A stretch of DNA of 64,000 nucleotides from an uncultured Chloroflexia bacterium (GTDB lineage: Bacteria; Chloroflexota; Limnocylindria; Limnocylindrales; CSP1-4). Of this stretch, positions 8,735 to 18,471 are shown piece after piece. The DNA lies in assembly GCA_963709605.1 (NCBI GenBank), contig CAVPWX010000013.1:138447-202446 (forward strand). Direction: 5' to 3'. Each line of letters opens with the position of its first letter. Position 1 is the stretch's first letter. Under the pieces are notes generated by a model. It was not told the origin of the DNA. It saw only the letters and a list, made by a program, of their open reading frames with translations, and searched no databases. The position numbers and the translations under genes are program-made.

Positions 8735-9511
8735 GTGCCCGCCGCTGTACCATCCCCGGCCGTGAGCCCCTTCGTCGTGATCGTCGCGGGCCTGGTTTCC
8801 ATCGGGCTCGGCTCCCTCCTTCTGCGGACGTTTGGCGTCCGCGGACGGGTCGGTCGGCTCCTCGCGGTGACTCCGCCTGTCGGGATCGCGGCGGCGATGG
8901 ACATCGCCGCCGCCGGGGCCCGGCGCTACGTCCGCGTCGAGGGGCGTCTCGACGCCGACGAGGACTTCCCGGACGAGAACGAGCGCCCGCTGGTCTTCCG
9001 TCGCCGCCGGCTCGAGGCACACCGGGCGCGGGGCTGGGCGGTCCTCGAGGAGCGCCGCGACGCGGTCCCGTTCCGCGTCCGGGAAGGGCTCGACGCGATC
9101 GACGTCGACGTCGACGCGCTCGACGCCGGCCTCGTCACGCTCGTGCGGGAGTCGGCCGGCACCGCGGCGGAGGCCGTCGCCGCGCTGCCCGCGGCCACGG
9201 CACCGTTGCCCCCGGGCCTGGCCTCGCTGCCGCCGACGACGCCGGTCCGGCTCCGGATCGAGCAGCTCTCGTCGGTCGAGCACGCGACCGTCCTGGGGGT
9301 CCCGGTCGTGCTCGCCGACGGCCGCGTGGCGATGACCTCCGGCACCGGGCGTCCGCTGGTCATCAGCACGCTCGAACGCGCCGAGGCGATGCGCGTGCTG
9401 GCCGGGGGGAGCCGGGCCCGGCCGGCGGCGGCCGCGGCGGCGCTGGGGGGCGGGATGGCCGCGCTCGCTGTCGGCCTCGCCTGGGCGCTCGTCGCCGGCG
9501 GGTTCGCCTGA
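8735..9511 (+). CDS. hypothetical membrane protein (N- and C-terminal TM helices flanking a soluble domain)
   Basis: N-terminal TM (FVVIVAGLVSIGLGSLLL) and C-terminal TM (MAALAVGLAWALVAGG). The start could be GTG 8735 or GTG 8762. The topology resembles GIDE-type proteins, but that assignment is not secure. Confidence 0.55.
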   Translation: MPAAVPSPAVSPFVVIVAGLVSIGLGSLLLRTFGVRGRVGRLLAVTPPVGIAAAMDIAAAGARRYVRVEGRLDADEDFPDENERPLVFRRRRLEAHRARGWAVLEERRDAVPFRVREGLDAIDVDVDALDAGLVTLVRESAGTAAEAVAALPAATAPLPPGLASLPPTTPVRLRIEQLSSVEHATVLGVPVVLADGRVAMTSGTGRPLVISTLERAEAMRVLAGGSRARPAAAAAALGGGMAALAVGLAWALVAGGFA

Positions 9512-9819
9512 TGGCCGGGCGGGCGCGCCGGGCCGCGGCCAGCGGGGCGGGCCGGGGAGCCGGGGGGCGCCGGATCGCCCGGGACGTCGCCGTGGCTTCC
9601 GCCGTCGCGGTCGCGCTCGTCGCGCTCGTCGCGCTTTCGACGGTCGCCCTGGCCGCCGGCCCGTCGCCCACGCCGGCTGGGGGCGGGGACGTGCGCACGA
9701 ACCCGACCGCTCCCGGGCTGGTGGGCGACCCCCTGGTCGCGATCCTCGGCGTCGTCCTCGTCGGCATCCTCGCCGTGGCCCTGACGCTGGTCGCTACCCG
9801 GATCGCCGAGCGGCGGTGA
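9511..9819 (+). CDS. small hypothetical membrane protein (two TM helices)
   Basis: ATGA overlap with the upstream gene. Two hydrophobic helices separated by a Pro/Gly-rich loop. Confidence 0.45.
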   Translation: MAGRARRAAASGAGRGAGGRRIARDVAVASAVAVALVALVALSTVALAAGPSPTPAGGGDVRTNPTAPGLVGDPLVAILGVVLVGILAVALTLVATRIAERR

Positions 9820-10200
9820 TCGGCGGCGCCTCGCCCGCTCCGGCTCGGCCCCTGACCTTCGTCCTATTGGCAAGAACTGTGAAGTCGCGGAGACTCGGCT
9901 CGTCGACCTCACCGATCCTCCATCCCCGGCCGCGGCCGCGCGGCGCCGGGGAGGGCATGCCAGGGGGACCCGGCCACGCAGCTCGCGCCACGTCCGTCGG
10001 ACGCGACACTCACCGTCACGAAGGCGGCCCGCCTTCTCGGCGTCCACCCGAACACGATCCGCGCCTGGAGCGACCAGGGGCGGCTCCGCTTCTACCGGAT
10101 CAACGCCCGCGGCGACCGGCGGTACCGGCTCGGCGATCTCCAGCGGTTCCTGGCCGCCGCGGAGCAGCCCGCGCCGCCGGCCCGGCGCGGTCATGGCACG

Positions 10201-13035
10201 GTGCCGGTCCAGGTCCGGCCCATCCCCTCGATCGGGGCGGAGCTCGTCGAGCTCCGGACGCGTCCCTCGGAGCGACCACCCGCCGCCGAGCTCTCCACGG
10301 TGGGTGCGGGAGGGCGGGCTCCCGATCAGCCGCGCTCGCCCGGGATCGCGCGGGGGGCGGTCGACCTGTCGCCGTTCGCCCCGCCCCTCTCGTCGCCCCT
10401 CGACGTGGAGCGCCGCCTGGTCGAGATCGACCTCCTCGGCCGGCTGGCCGACCTCGTGGCGTCCGGGCAGACCCTCGAGGTGATCGCCGGCGTTGCCGTC
10501 GACCTCCTCCACGGCCGGGCGGGCCACGACCTGGCGCTCGTCCTCGAGCGCCGCGACGGCCGCCTCGTGCCCCTCGCCGCGCGCGGCGAGGCGGCAGAAC
10601 GCATCGGCTGGATCGGCGAATCGCAGGGCCTGCCGGGACGCGCGCTCGGGGCGCCGGGGCCGGTGAGCGAAGCGTCGGGCAGCGGGCACGACTGGCTGCC
10701 GCTGGCACACCGGCTGCCCGGCAGGATCGCCGTGGCCGTCCCGGGCGGTCCGAGCGGCCCCTGGGGAGTCCTGGCGACCGCCGACGAGGCGCCGCCGGCC
10801 TCCCTGGCCGAGCTGGAGACATTCCTGGTGGCCGTGGCGCGCCAGCTCGGGGTCGCCGTCCACGCCGATCGCCTGCGGGCCGAGACCTCCACCCAGCTGC
10901 ACCGCGCCGATGCACTCCGCCGGATCGCGACCGACATCGGCAGCAAGCTCGACCTCGGGCAGATCCTCTCCGGGGTCGTCGACCACGCCCGGGTCCTCTT
11001 CGGGGGGGAGCGCGCCGCGGTCTTCCTCTGCCGGGCCGACGGGCACCTCACGGCGGAGGTCGCGCGGGGCCTCTCGGACGCCTATCTCGGGGCCGTGCAG
11101 GATCTGGAGGTCCCCTCGCTGCCGGCCGAGGCGGCGGCGGCCCGGCGACCCCTCTTCGCCACGGGCTATCGCGACGACCCGCGGGCCGTCGAGGTGCGGT
11201 CGGCCGTCGTCCAGGAGGGCTTCGACACCATCTGCGCGGCGCCGCTCTTCGATGGCGACGAGCTCCTCGGCCTCCTCGTGGTCTTCCACGATCGCCCGCA
11301 CGCCTGGTCGGAGGAGGAGCTTGCCACCCTCGCGGGCTTCGCGGCGCAGGCCGCCACGGCCATCAAGAACGCCCAGAACTACGAACGCATGGCGACCTGG
11401 GCCGCCCACCTCCAGTCGATCCAGCAGCTGGGGGTTCGCCTCGCCCGCCTGACGACCGAAGCGGAGATCGGGGCGGCGATCGCGAACGAGCTCGACCAGC
11501 TCATCGAGTACCACAACGTCCGGGTCTACCGCCTCCGGGCGGACGACTGGCTGGTCCCGGTGGCGATGCGCGGCCTCGTCGGCGAGTTCCACGACGAGAC
11601 GCCGGACATGCTCCGGATCCGGCTCGGCGAGGGGATCACCGGCTGGGTCGCCCGCCACCGGGTGCCCCAGAACCTGCCTGACGCGGCCCACGACCCGCGG
11701 GCCATGACGATCCCGGGCACCGACGAGGACCTCGACGAGTCGATGCTCCTGGCCCCGATGGTCTTCGAGGACCAGGTCCTGGGGGTCATCGTCCTCTCCA
11801 AGCTGGGGCTGCGCCAGTTCACCGACGACGACCTGCGGCTCCTCGTCATCTACGCCAGCCTCGCCGCCCAGGCCATGGCGAACGCCGAGGCGACCGAGCG
11901 GCTGCGCGCGCAGTCGGTGCGGCTGGAGCGACGCCTTGCCGCGCAGCGGGCCCTTCTCGACATCACGGGCTCGATCCTGGGAACGCTCGACCTGCCCCGG
12001 ATCCTCGACGAGGTCGCCGACCGGCTGGCGGTCATCGCCCACTGGGACAACATCTCGATCGAGTGGGTGGACGCGGCGACGGGCATGCTCACCCCGCTCA
12101 TGGCCCGGGGCATCCACGCCGACGAGTACATCAAGCCCTGGGAGCCGGGCGAGGAGGGGCTGGCAACGTGGGTGCTCACGCGCGGCGAGCCCCAGCTCGT
12201 CCGCGACGAGCTGCACGACCCCCGGATCCACCAGTTCACCTCGACCGGCGACGTGGAGGGCAGCCTGATCTGCGTGCCGCTGCACGGCCGTGACGGGGTG
12301 CGCGGCGTGGTGTCGCTGGAGCGCCTCGGCGCCGACGACCGCTTCGACGAGGACGACTTCGAGCTCGTCCAGCTCTTCGCCGCCCAGGTCTCGATCGCCG
12401 TCCGGAACGCGGAGGCCTACCGCGAGAAGGAGATCGAGGCCCAGACCGACGACCTGACCGGCCTCCTCAACCAGGGGACCTTCGCCGAGTGGCTGGCCCG
12501 GAGCGTGGACAACCGGGAGCGGTTCGGCCTCCTGATGCTCGATCTCGACGAGTTCAAGGCCGTCAACGACCGCCTCGGCCACCAGGCCGGCGACGACTTC
12601 CTCCGCTCGGTCGCCGCCGCGATCCGGGGTGCCTGCCGCGACTCCGACCGCGTCTTCCGCTACGGCGGTGACGAGTTCACGATCATCTGCCCGGCGACCG
12701 ACCCGACCGGGACGCTGGCCCTCGCCGGGCGGGTCCGCGACGCCCTCGCGCGGATCGGCATCGACTGGGGCCGCCGGCGCGACGCCGGCCCCGTCTCGGC
12801 GTCGATCGGCGTCGCGACACACCCGGAGGACGGCGCCACGGCCGACGAGGTGCTCCTCGCCGCCGACCGCGCCTGCTTCGTGGCGAAACGACGTGGCCGA
12901 AACCAGATCGCCACCGCCGAGGAGGGTCTCGCCCTCGCCGGCGAGGTCGCCCTCCAGGCACCGACGCCGCTCGACCCCCCGGAGACGAGCGTCGCGCCCG
13001 GCCCATCCGACGCACCGGGGGCACCAACGGCCTAG
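10201..13035 (+). CDS. multi-GAF diguanylate cyclase (GGDEF with RxxD I-site); the reading frame extends upstream into an HTH domain
   Basis: Several GAF-like repeats, then LTGLLNQGTF...RDSDRVFRYGGDEF. The frame stays open from 9883. Positions 10009-10160 encode LTVTKAARLLGVHPNTIRAWSDQGRLRFYRINARGDRRYRLGDLQRFL, an excisionase/MerR-type HTH. The track start at 10201 is simply the first canonical start codon. Confidence 0.85.
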   Translation: MPVQVRPIPSIGAELVELRTRPSERPPAAELSTVGAGGRAPDQPRSPGIARGAVDLSPFAPPLSSPLDVERRLVEIDLLGRLADLVASGQTLEVIAGVAVDLLHGRAGHDLALVLERRDGRLVPLAARGEAAERIGWIGESQGLPGRALGAPGPVSEASGSGHDWLPLAHRLPGRIAVAVPGGPSGPWGVLATADEAPPASLAELETFLVAVARQLGVAVHADRLRAETSTQLHRADALRRIATDIGSKLDLGQILSGVVDHARVLFGGERAAVFLCRADGHLTAEVARGLSDAYLGAVQDLEVPSLPAEAAAARRPLFATGYRDDPRAVEVRSAVVQEGFDTICAAPLFDGDELLGLLVVFHDRPHAWSEEELATLAGFAAQAATAIKNAQNYERMATWAAHLQSIQQLGVRLARLTTEAEIGAAIANELDQLIEYHNVRVYRLRADDWLVPVAMRGLVGEFHDETPDMLRIRLGEGITGWVARHRVPQNLPDAAHDPRAMTIPGTDEDLDESMLLAPMVFEDQVLGVIVLSKLGLRQFTDDDLRLLVIYASLAAQAMANAEATERLRAQSVRLERRLAAQRALLDITGSILGTLDLPRILDEVADRLAVIAHWDNISIEWVDAATGMLTPLMARGIHADEYIKPWEPGEEGLATWVLTRGEPQLVRDELHDPRIHQFTSTGDVEGSLICVPLHGRDGVRGVVSLERLGADDRFDEDDFELVQLFAAQVSIAVRNAEAYREKEIEAQTDDLTGLLNQGTFAEWLARSVDNRERFGLLMLDLDEFKAVNDRLGHQAGDDFLRSVAAAIRGACRDSDRVFRYGGDEFTIICPATDPTGTLALAGRVRDALARIGIDWGRRRDAGPVSASIGVATHPEDGATADEVLLAADRACFVAKRRGRNQIATAEEGLALAGEVALQAPTPLDPPETSVAPGPSDAPGAPTA

Positions 13036-13044
13036 GATCGCGGC

Positions 13045-14161
13045 GTGCAGCGCCGCCGTCCCGGCCGTCTCCTCGCCGCGATCGTCCCGGCAGCCGTCGC
13101 CGCGGCCGGCCTCCTCGCGGCATGCGCCGTCCCCGGCGCAAGCGGCCCGCCCGCTTCGGCCTCGCCCGGCGAGATCGCGGACGCCTCTCCCTCGGCGAGC
13201 GCGCCGTCCCGGCCCTTCCGGCCCACCCCGACCCCGGCGCCGACGTTCGCCGTGCACACGGTGCGCCGGGGGGACACCCTCATCGCCCTGGCCGACCGGT
13301 TCGCGACGACGCCCGAGAGCCTGGCCTACTGGAACCGGGCCCGCTACCCGTCGCTCGACCCGGAGTCGCCGTCCTACCGGCCGGACCGGATCGAGGTGGG
13401 CTGGCAGCTCGCCTACCTGCCCGGGGCAGTGGTGGACCCCGAGGACCTCCCCCCGGCGAGCGACGAGGCGACCGACGACCCTGAGCCCGCCGCCTCCGTC
13501 GGCCCCTTCCCCACCGTGCCGCCGGACGGGAGCGCCGCCCTCGTGCGCCGCGGCCCGGCCGGCCTTTCCGGCGTGGCTCTCACGTTCGAGTACCCCGGTG
13601 GCGCCGGCGCGGGAGCCGGTCGGCGCCGAGGCGATCGTCCAGTGGCTGGCGGCGAACCGCATCCCCGCGACCGTCTTCGTGGCGTCGCGGGCGGCCGGCC
13701 CCGACGACCCGGCCGCGGCGGCGCTCCTTGCCCGGCTCGCGGCCGCCCCGACCGTGACGGCCGGGCTCCTCGCGAGCGCCGCCGAGACGGACGGGCTGGA
13801 GGCTGCCCTTCGCGCCGCGGACGCGGCGCTCGCGCCGGCCCTCGGCCGGTCGACGGCCCCACTGCTCCGCCCCGGCGACGGCGACGCCGGGCCGGCGGCG
13901 CTCGCGGCCGCGGGCCGGGCCGGCTGGACCTGGGCCGTGGCGTGGGACGTCGATCCGGGCGACGACGTGGCCCCCGGCGACGGCGGTCCCATCGCGGCGG
14001 ACATCGTGACCCGTGTCCTGTCGCGGGCAAGCGGGGGATCGATCATCCGCCTCTCGCTCGCCGGCGCGCGAACGCTTGACGCCCTGCCGGGGATCGTCGA
14101 CGGGCTTGCCGCGCGGGGCCTGGAGATGATCTCCCTGGCCGAGGTGCTCGGCCTCGAGTAG
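13045..14161 (+). pseudogene. lipoprotein with LysM domain and NodB-like polysaccharide deacetylase domain, frame-shifted near 13593-13596
   Basis: Signal/lipobox (LLAACAV) and LysM (HTVRRGDTLIALADRF...YWN). VALTFEYP then continues in another frame as ...EPVGAEAIVQWLAANRIPATVFV.... Total length is 3n+1. Dropping one C from CCCC restores a single frame. Confidence 0.7.
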
Positions 14162-14194
14162 CCGCGGCCCGGCGTGGTCGTCGCCGAGCGGTCC

Positions 14195-14989
14195 CTACAC
14201 CTGGAGCCGCCCTGCCTCCACGATCCGGCGCAGGAACTGCTGGGTCCGCTCCTCGCGCGGCGCGCCGAAGATCCGCTCCGGCGGCCCCTCCTCCAGGATC
14301 CGCCCGGCGTCGAGGAAGCAGACCCGGTCGGCGATGTCGCGGGCGAAGCCCATCTCGTGGGTCGCGATGACCATCGTCATGCCGCCGGCCGCGAGCTCGC
14401 GGATGACGTTGAGGACCTCCGCCACCAGCTCCGGGTCGAGGGCGCTCGTGACCTCGTCGAGAAGGAGCAGGTCGGGCCCCATCGCCAGCGCCCGCACGAT
14501 CGCCACCCGCTGCTGCTGGCCGCCGGAGAGCCGGTCGGGGAACTCGAGGGCCTTCTCCTCGAGGCCGAAGCGCCGCAGGAGCCCCCGCCCCCGCTCCTCG
14601 GCCTCGGCCGGCTTCATCTTGAGCGCCTTCCGCGGCCCCAGGGTCACGTTGTCGAGGACGCTCATGTGCGGGAACAGGTTGAACGCCTGGAAGACGATCC
14701 CGATCCGGCGGCGGATCCGGTTGACGTCCACCTTCGGCGCCGTGATCTCGACCCCCTCGACGACGATCCGCCCGGCGTCGATCTGCTCGAGGAGGTTGAC
14801 GCAGCGCAGGAGCGTGGACTTGCCGCTCCCCGACGCGCCGATGAGGCAGACGACCTCGTGCTCGGCGACGGCGAGGTCGATGCCGCGCAGGACCTCGTTC
14901 TTCCCGAACGACTTGTGGAGATCCTCGATGACCAGGGCGGAGCCCGCGGCGGCAGGCAGCGGCGCGCCCGGCGGGCGCTCGCCGCTCAT
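14195..14989 (-). CDS. polar amino-acid ABC transporter ATP-binding protein (GlnQ-like)
   Basis: [28 protein letters not shown] and [13 protein letters not shown]. Confidence 0.9.
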   Translation of the reverse strand: MSGERPPGAPLPAAAGSALVIEDLHKSFGKNEVLRGIDLAVAEHEVVCLIGASGSGKSTLLRCVNLLEQIDAGRIVVEGVEITAPKVDVNRIRRRIGIVFQAFNLFPHMSVLDNVTLGPRKALKMKPAEAEERGRGLLRRFGLEEKALEFPDRLSGGQQQRVAIVRALAMGPDLLLLDEVTSALDPELVAEVLNVIRELAAGGMTMVIATHEMGFARDIADRVCFLDAGRILEEGPPERIFGAPREERTQQFLRRIVEAGRLQV

Positions 14990-15888
14990 CGGGCGCCCGC
15001 CGCGGCGCGGCGGCGGTCGCGGGCCACCAGCCAGTCGGTCAGGCGGGCCAGGGGGATCGTCATCACGATGAAGACGAGGGCGGTCGCCATGTAGGGCGTG
15101 AAGTTGAAGGTGGCGGCCTGGATGATCTGTGACTGGCGGAAGATCTCGACCACCCCGATGTACGAGACGAGGACCGTGTCCTTCTGGAGGCCGATGAAGT
15201 CGTTGAGGAGCGGCGGGATCACCCGCCGCACGGCCTGCGGCAGGATCACGTGACGGAGGGCCTGGAAGCGTGTCAGCCCGAGAGAGCGGGCGGCCGCCTC
15301 CTGGCTCGGGTGGACCGAGTCGATCCCCGCCCGATACACCTCCGAGACGTAGGCCGAGTAGATGAGGGTGAGGGCGACGACCGCCCAGATGAACGGGTCC
15401 ACCGGGACGCCGGCGATCCCCAGGCCCGGGATCCCGAAGCCCAGGATGTAGATGACGAGGATGCCCGGCAGCGCCCGGAAGATGTCCGCGTAGATCGTGG
15501 CGAACGCCCGCAGCGGGAAGAGGACGGGGCCGGGCAGGCTTCGCAGGACCGCGAGGAGGAGGCCGAGCCCGAGGATCAGGACCTCGGCGATGAGGAAGAG
15601 CCGGACGTTGACGAGGAAGTAGCGGAGGATGGAGCGCTCCCAGACGAACTCCCCGTCGATGAAGCCGAAGGCTCGGGCAAAGATCTCCCCGTTGAGGAAC
15701 GACTCCTGGACGGCCGGCCAGCCGGGCGCGTTGACGACGATCCAGGCGAGGGCGACGACGAAGACGACCGTGCTGGCGAGAGCGATCGCCGTGGAGCGAA
15801 GCGCGCCGCCCTCCCGGGCGCGGGACGGCCCGCCGGACCGCAGGTGCGTCGTGTCACCCGGGTCGAGCGGGCCGCCGCTGAGGGCCAC
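14986..15888 (-). CDS. amino-acid ABC transporter permease (His/Glu/Gln/Arg/opine family)
   Basis: EAA loop ([23 protein letters not shown]). ATGA overlap with the ATPase gene. Confidence 0.85.
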   Translation of the reverse strand: MALSGGPLDPGDTTHLRSGGPSRAREGGALRSTAIALASTVVFVVALAWIVVNAPGWPAVQESFLNGEIFARAFGFIDGEFVWERSILRYFLVNVRLFLIAEVLILGLGLLLAVLRSLPGPVLFPLRAFATIYADIFRALPGILVIYILGFGIPGLGIAGVPVDPFIWAVVALTLIYSAYVSEVYRAGIDSVHPSQEAAARSLGLTRFQALRHVILPQAVRRVIPPLLNDFIGLQKDTVLVSYIGVVEIFRQSQIIQAATFNFTPYMATALVFIVMTIPLARLTDWLVARDRRRAAAGAR

Positions 15889-15909
15889 GCGGATGGAGCC
15901 GCGCGGCGG

Positions 15910-17121
15910 CTAGGGGGTGAACTCCGGGGCACTCACCTTGTCGGCGAGCCACTCCTTCGTGATCGCCTCCAGCGTGCCGTCGTCCCACATCGAGGCGATG
16001 GCCTTGTTGACGCACGGCGTCATCGGGCTGTCCTTGCCCAGGACCAGGCTGAAGTACTCGCCCTCCTCGGGCGCCGGGAACTGCCCGACGATCACGCCAC
16101 CCTCGACCTGGACCGCGGTGACGAAGAAGGCGGTCGGCAGGTCGACGACGATGCCGTCGATCTGCTTGTTCTTGAGGGCCTCGATCGCCGCGTCGTTCGT
16201 GTCGAAGACGGCCGGCTCCTGGGTCGGCTTGATCGTGTCGATGATCGTCGTGTAGCTCGTCGTCCCGACCTGGGCCCCGAACTTGTACTGGGCCAGCTCG
16301 GTGATCGTCTTCGCCGATGCGAGCGGCGAGCCCCCGAGGGCGACGACGGACTGGTTCACGAAGTAGTAGCCGTCCGAAAGGTCGACGGTCTCCGCGCGCT
16401 CGGGCGTGTACGAGACCTGGGTGATGTAGAAGTCGAACGGCTTGGGGCCGGGAGCGAAGCTGTTGTTGAACGGGACCACGATCCACTGGGTCGTGTCCGG
16501 GGCGAACCCGAGGCGCTTCGCCAGCTCGGCCGCGACGGCGCCCTCGAAGCCCTTGCCGTTCGTCGGATCGCCGAGCTCCCACGGGAGCGGGTTGGGATCC
16601 GACGGCTCGAAGTACGGCGGGTAGGCCGGGTTATCGGCCCCGATGACCAGGGCCCCGACGACCTGCGTCGGGACGTTCCCGGGGGCGCAGGCCTCGGGGG
16701 TCGGGGTCGGGGCGGGCGTCGGGGTCGGGGCTTCGGTCGGCTCCGCGGTCGGCTCGGCGGTGGCCGAGGGGGCGGCCGTCGGCTCCGGGCTGGGGCTCGG
16801 CGAGGCGCCACCGAAGACAAGGAACGCGCCTGCCAGGATGACGCCGACGAGGACGACGGCGCTCACGACGAGCAACGCCCAGTTCCTGCCGCCCCCGTCG
16901 CCGGCGGTCGTCGTGGTGCCGCTGACGGGGGTCGTCGGGGGCGCGGCGGGCGCTTCCGGGGGCGCGGCGGGCGCTTCCGGGGGCGCGGCGGGCGTGTCGC
17001 CCGCGCCGGGCGTCGGGATCTGGGTCGTCGGCGTGTCGGCGCCCGCTGCCGGCGGGGGTGCCGGCGGCGGCTCCGGCGGAGCCCCGGGTGTGCCGGGCGT
17101 GACTTCGGGCTGGTCGGTCAT
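15910..17121 (-). CDS. amino-acid ABC substrate-binding protein with a long Pro/Ala-rich N-terminal extension and a TM anchor
   Basis: The C-terminal ~250 aa look like a family-3 SBP (IDGIVVDLPTAFF..). The N-terminus MTDQPEV...PAAPPEAPAAPPEAPAAPP precedes a TM helix. ATG at 17121 is preferred over the track start at 17178. Confidence 0.8.
   Translation of the reverse strand: MTDQPEVTPGTPGAPPEPPPAPPPAAGADTPTTQIPTPGAGDTPAAPPEAPAAPPEAPAAPPTTPVSGTTTTAGDGGGRNWALLVVSAVVLVGVILAGAFLVFGGASPSPSPEPTAAPSATAEPTAEPTEAPTPTPAPTPTPEACAPGNVPTQVVGALVIGADNPAYPPYFEPSDPNPLPWELGDPTNGKGFEGAVAAELAKRLGFAPDTTQWIVVPFNNSFAPGPKPFDFYITQVSYTPERAETVDLSDGYYFVNQSVVALGGSPLASAKTITELAQYKFGAQVGTTSYTTIIDTIKPTQEPAVFDTNDAAIEALKNKQIDGIVVDLPTAFFVTAVQVEGGVIVGQFPAPEEGEYFSLVLGKDSPMTPCVNKAIASMWDDGTLEAITKEWLADKVSAPEFTP
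16937..16994 (-). repeat. 21-bp tandem repeat (about 2.7 copies) encoding PAAPPEA repeats
   Basis: GGGGGCGCGGCGGGCGCTTCC at 16937-16957 and 16958-16978, plus a partial third copy to 16994. Confidence 0.8.
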
Positions 17122-17273
17122 CTCGTCCTCCGTGGCCGCAGCGGTGGGAGTTGCCTGCAGCCGCGACGAATCTAGCAAAGCTCGTCGCGCGCGGGAGGCA
17201 GGTGGTGCAGGCGAGGATGGCGACCTCGACCGCGGCGGGGGGGCAGACCAGGGGAGACCGCTAGAATCGAGCC

Positions 17274-18458
17274 GTGCGCGTTCGAGAGCTGGAGCTCCGC
17301 CTCCTCGCCGTGGGCCTCGCGGGCCTGTGGGCGATCATTGCCGGCCTGCTCCTCGTCGGGTACCGGCCGGGCGGGCCGGCCGACCTCCTGGTGGGCCTGG
17401 CGGCCCTCGCGCCCCTCGCGGTGGCGATCGCCGCCGTCGCCTGGCCCCCCGCGGCACGCGGCGCCCAGGCGTACCGGGTCATCGCCGCGATCGGCGTGGC
17501 GACGGTCGTGGTCCTCCTGCCGACGCTGGCCGGCCTCGTCCGCCAGCTCGCGGACCGCGGGCTGCAGACCCTCGTGCCGTCGCTCGAGGCGGCCTACCCG
17601 TGGGCTCTCGCCATCCTGGGCACCTCGATCTTCGCCGGGCTCGGCCTGGCCCGTCGCATCCGGGGGCCGGAGAGCGGCCGGCCGGGGCGCCTGGGGACGG
17701 CGGTGTCGATCGGGCTCCTCCTGGCGATCGTGTCCTCGGCGGCCATGGCCGGCGCGGCGATCGGGAACGAGCTCGCGCTGCGGGACCGCCCGGCCGCGGC
17801 CTCGCGCTACGGGCCCACGGACCCCGACCTGGTCCCACCGCCATGCGACGGGCCGCTGGCCGCCGGCGCCACGGCCCGCCTGACGCTGGACCTCGAGGGG
17901 AGCGTCGATGCGCGATCGCTGGGGATCGCCGGCGTCGACGGCGGACGCGACGCGCAGGATTTCCGTTGGCTCGCCCAGGTGACGACGACCCGCGTCGTGG
18001 GGTTCGCCGGGGCGGCCGCCATCGGAGATCGGGGCTGGATCCGCGAGAGCGGCACCCGCTGGCTCGACGTCCCGCCGGAGACCGCGCGGCTGGAGGCGCT
18101 CGACCTGGTCGTCGTCGCCGTGACCGAGGACCCGCTGCTGCGGGCGGCGGCCGAGGACCTTGGCCTGGTGTACGTCGAGGGGGCCCGCGCCCGCCGCTGC
18201 CGGATCGCCGTCGACGGAGCGACCTTCCGCGTCGCCTTCCCCCAGGTTCGCTGGCTCGTCGGCGACGCGGACCTCGAGGAGTGGCGCGGCAGCCTCGACC
18301 TGTGGGTCTTCGCCGACGGCGAGCTCGGCCGGGCCGAGGGCCGCCTGGGTGGGCCCGGGTTCACCATCGAGGAGGGCGCCATCCGTGGCGAGCTCGCCGC
18401 CACGCTCACGGCCACCGACCGGGGGGAGCCGGTGAACGTCCTGCCGCCGACCGACTGA
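17274..18458 (+). CDS. hypothetical membrane protein (about 5 N-terminal TM helices plus an extracytoplasmic domain)
   Basis: Coherent 394-aa ORF with a hydrophobic N-terminal third and a normal-composition C-terminal domain. No family recognised. Confidence 0.55.
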   Translation: MRVRELELRLLAVGLAGLWAIIAGLLLVGYRPGGPADLLVGLAALAPLAVAIAAVAWPPAARGAQAYRVIAAIGVATVVVLLPTLAGLVRQLADRGLQTLVPSLEAAYPWALAILGTSIFAGLGLARRIRGPESGRPGRLGTAVSIGLLLAIVSSAAMAGAAIGNELALRDRPAAASRYGPTDPDLVPPPCDGPLAAGATARLTLDLEGSVDARSLGIAGVDGGRDAQDFRWLAQVTTTRVVGFAGAAAIGDRGWIRESGTRWLDVPPETARLEALDLVVVAVTEDPLLRAAAEDLGLVYVEGARARRCRIAVDGATFRVAFPQVRWLVGDADLEEWRGSLDLWVFADGELGRAEGRLGGPGFTIEEGAIRGELAATLTATDRGEPVNVLPPTD

Positions 18459-18471
18459 TCCGGAGGGCTTC

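Noticed and set aside
8926-14046. 1706-aa minus-strand ORF. Similar giant ORFs occur at 53970..57749 (+), 59733..62870 (+), 750..2585 (+) and 33510..34684 (the antisense extension of cydC).
   Set aside because: These have extreme Arg/Pro/Gly/Ala composition and no recognisable motifs. They run antisense or out of frame to genes with clear family signatures. This is the typical open-frame artefact of very GC-rich DNA.
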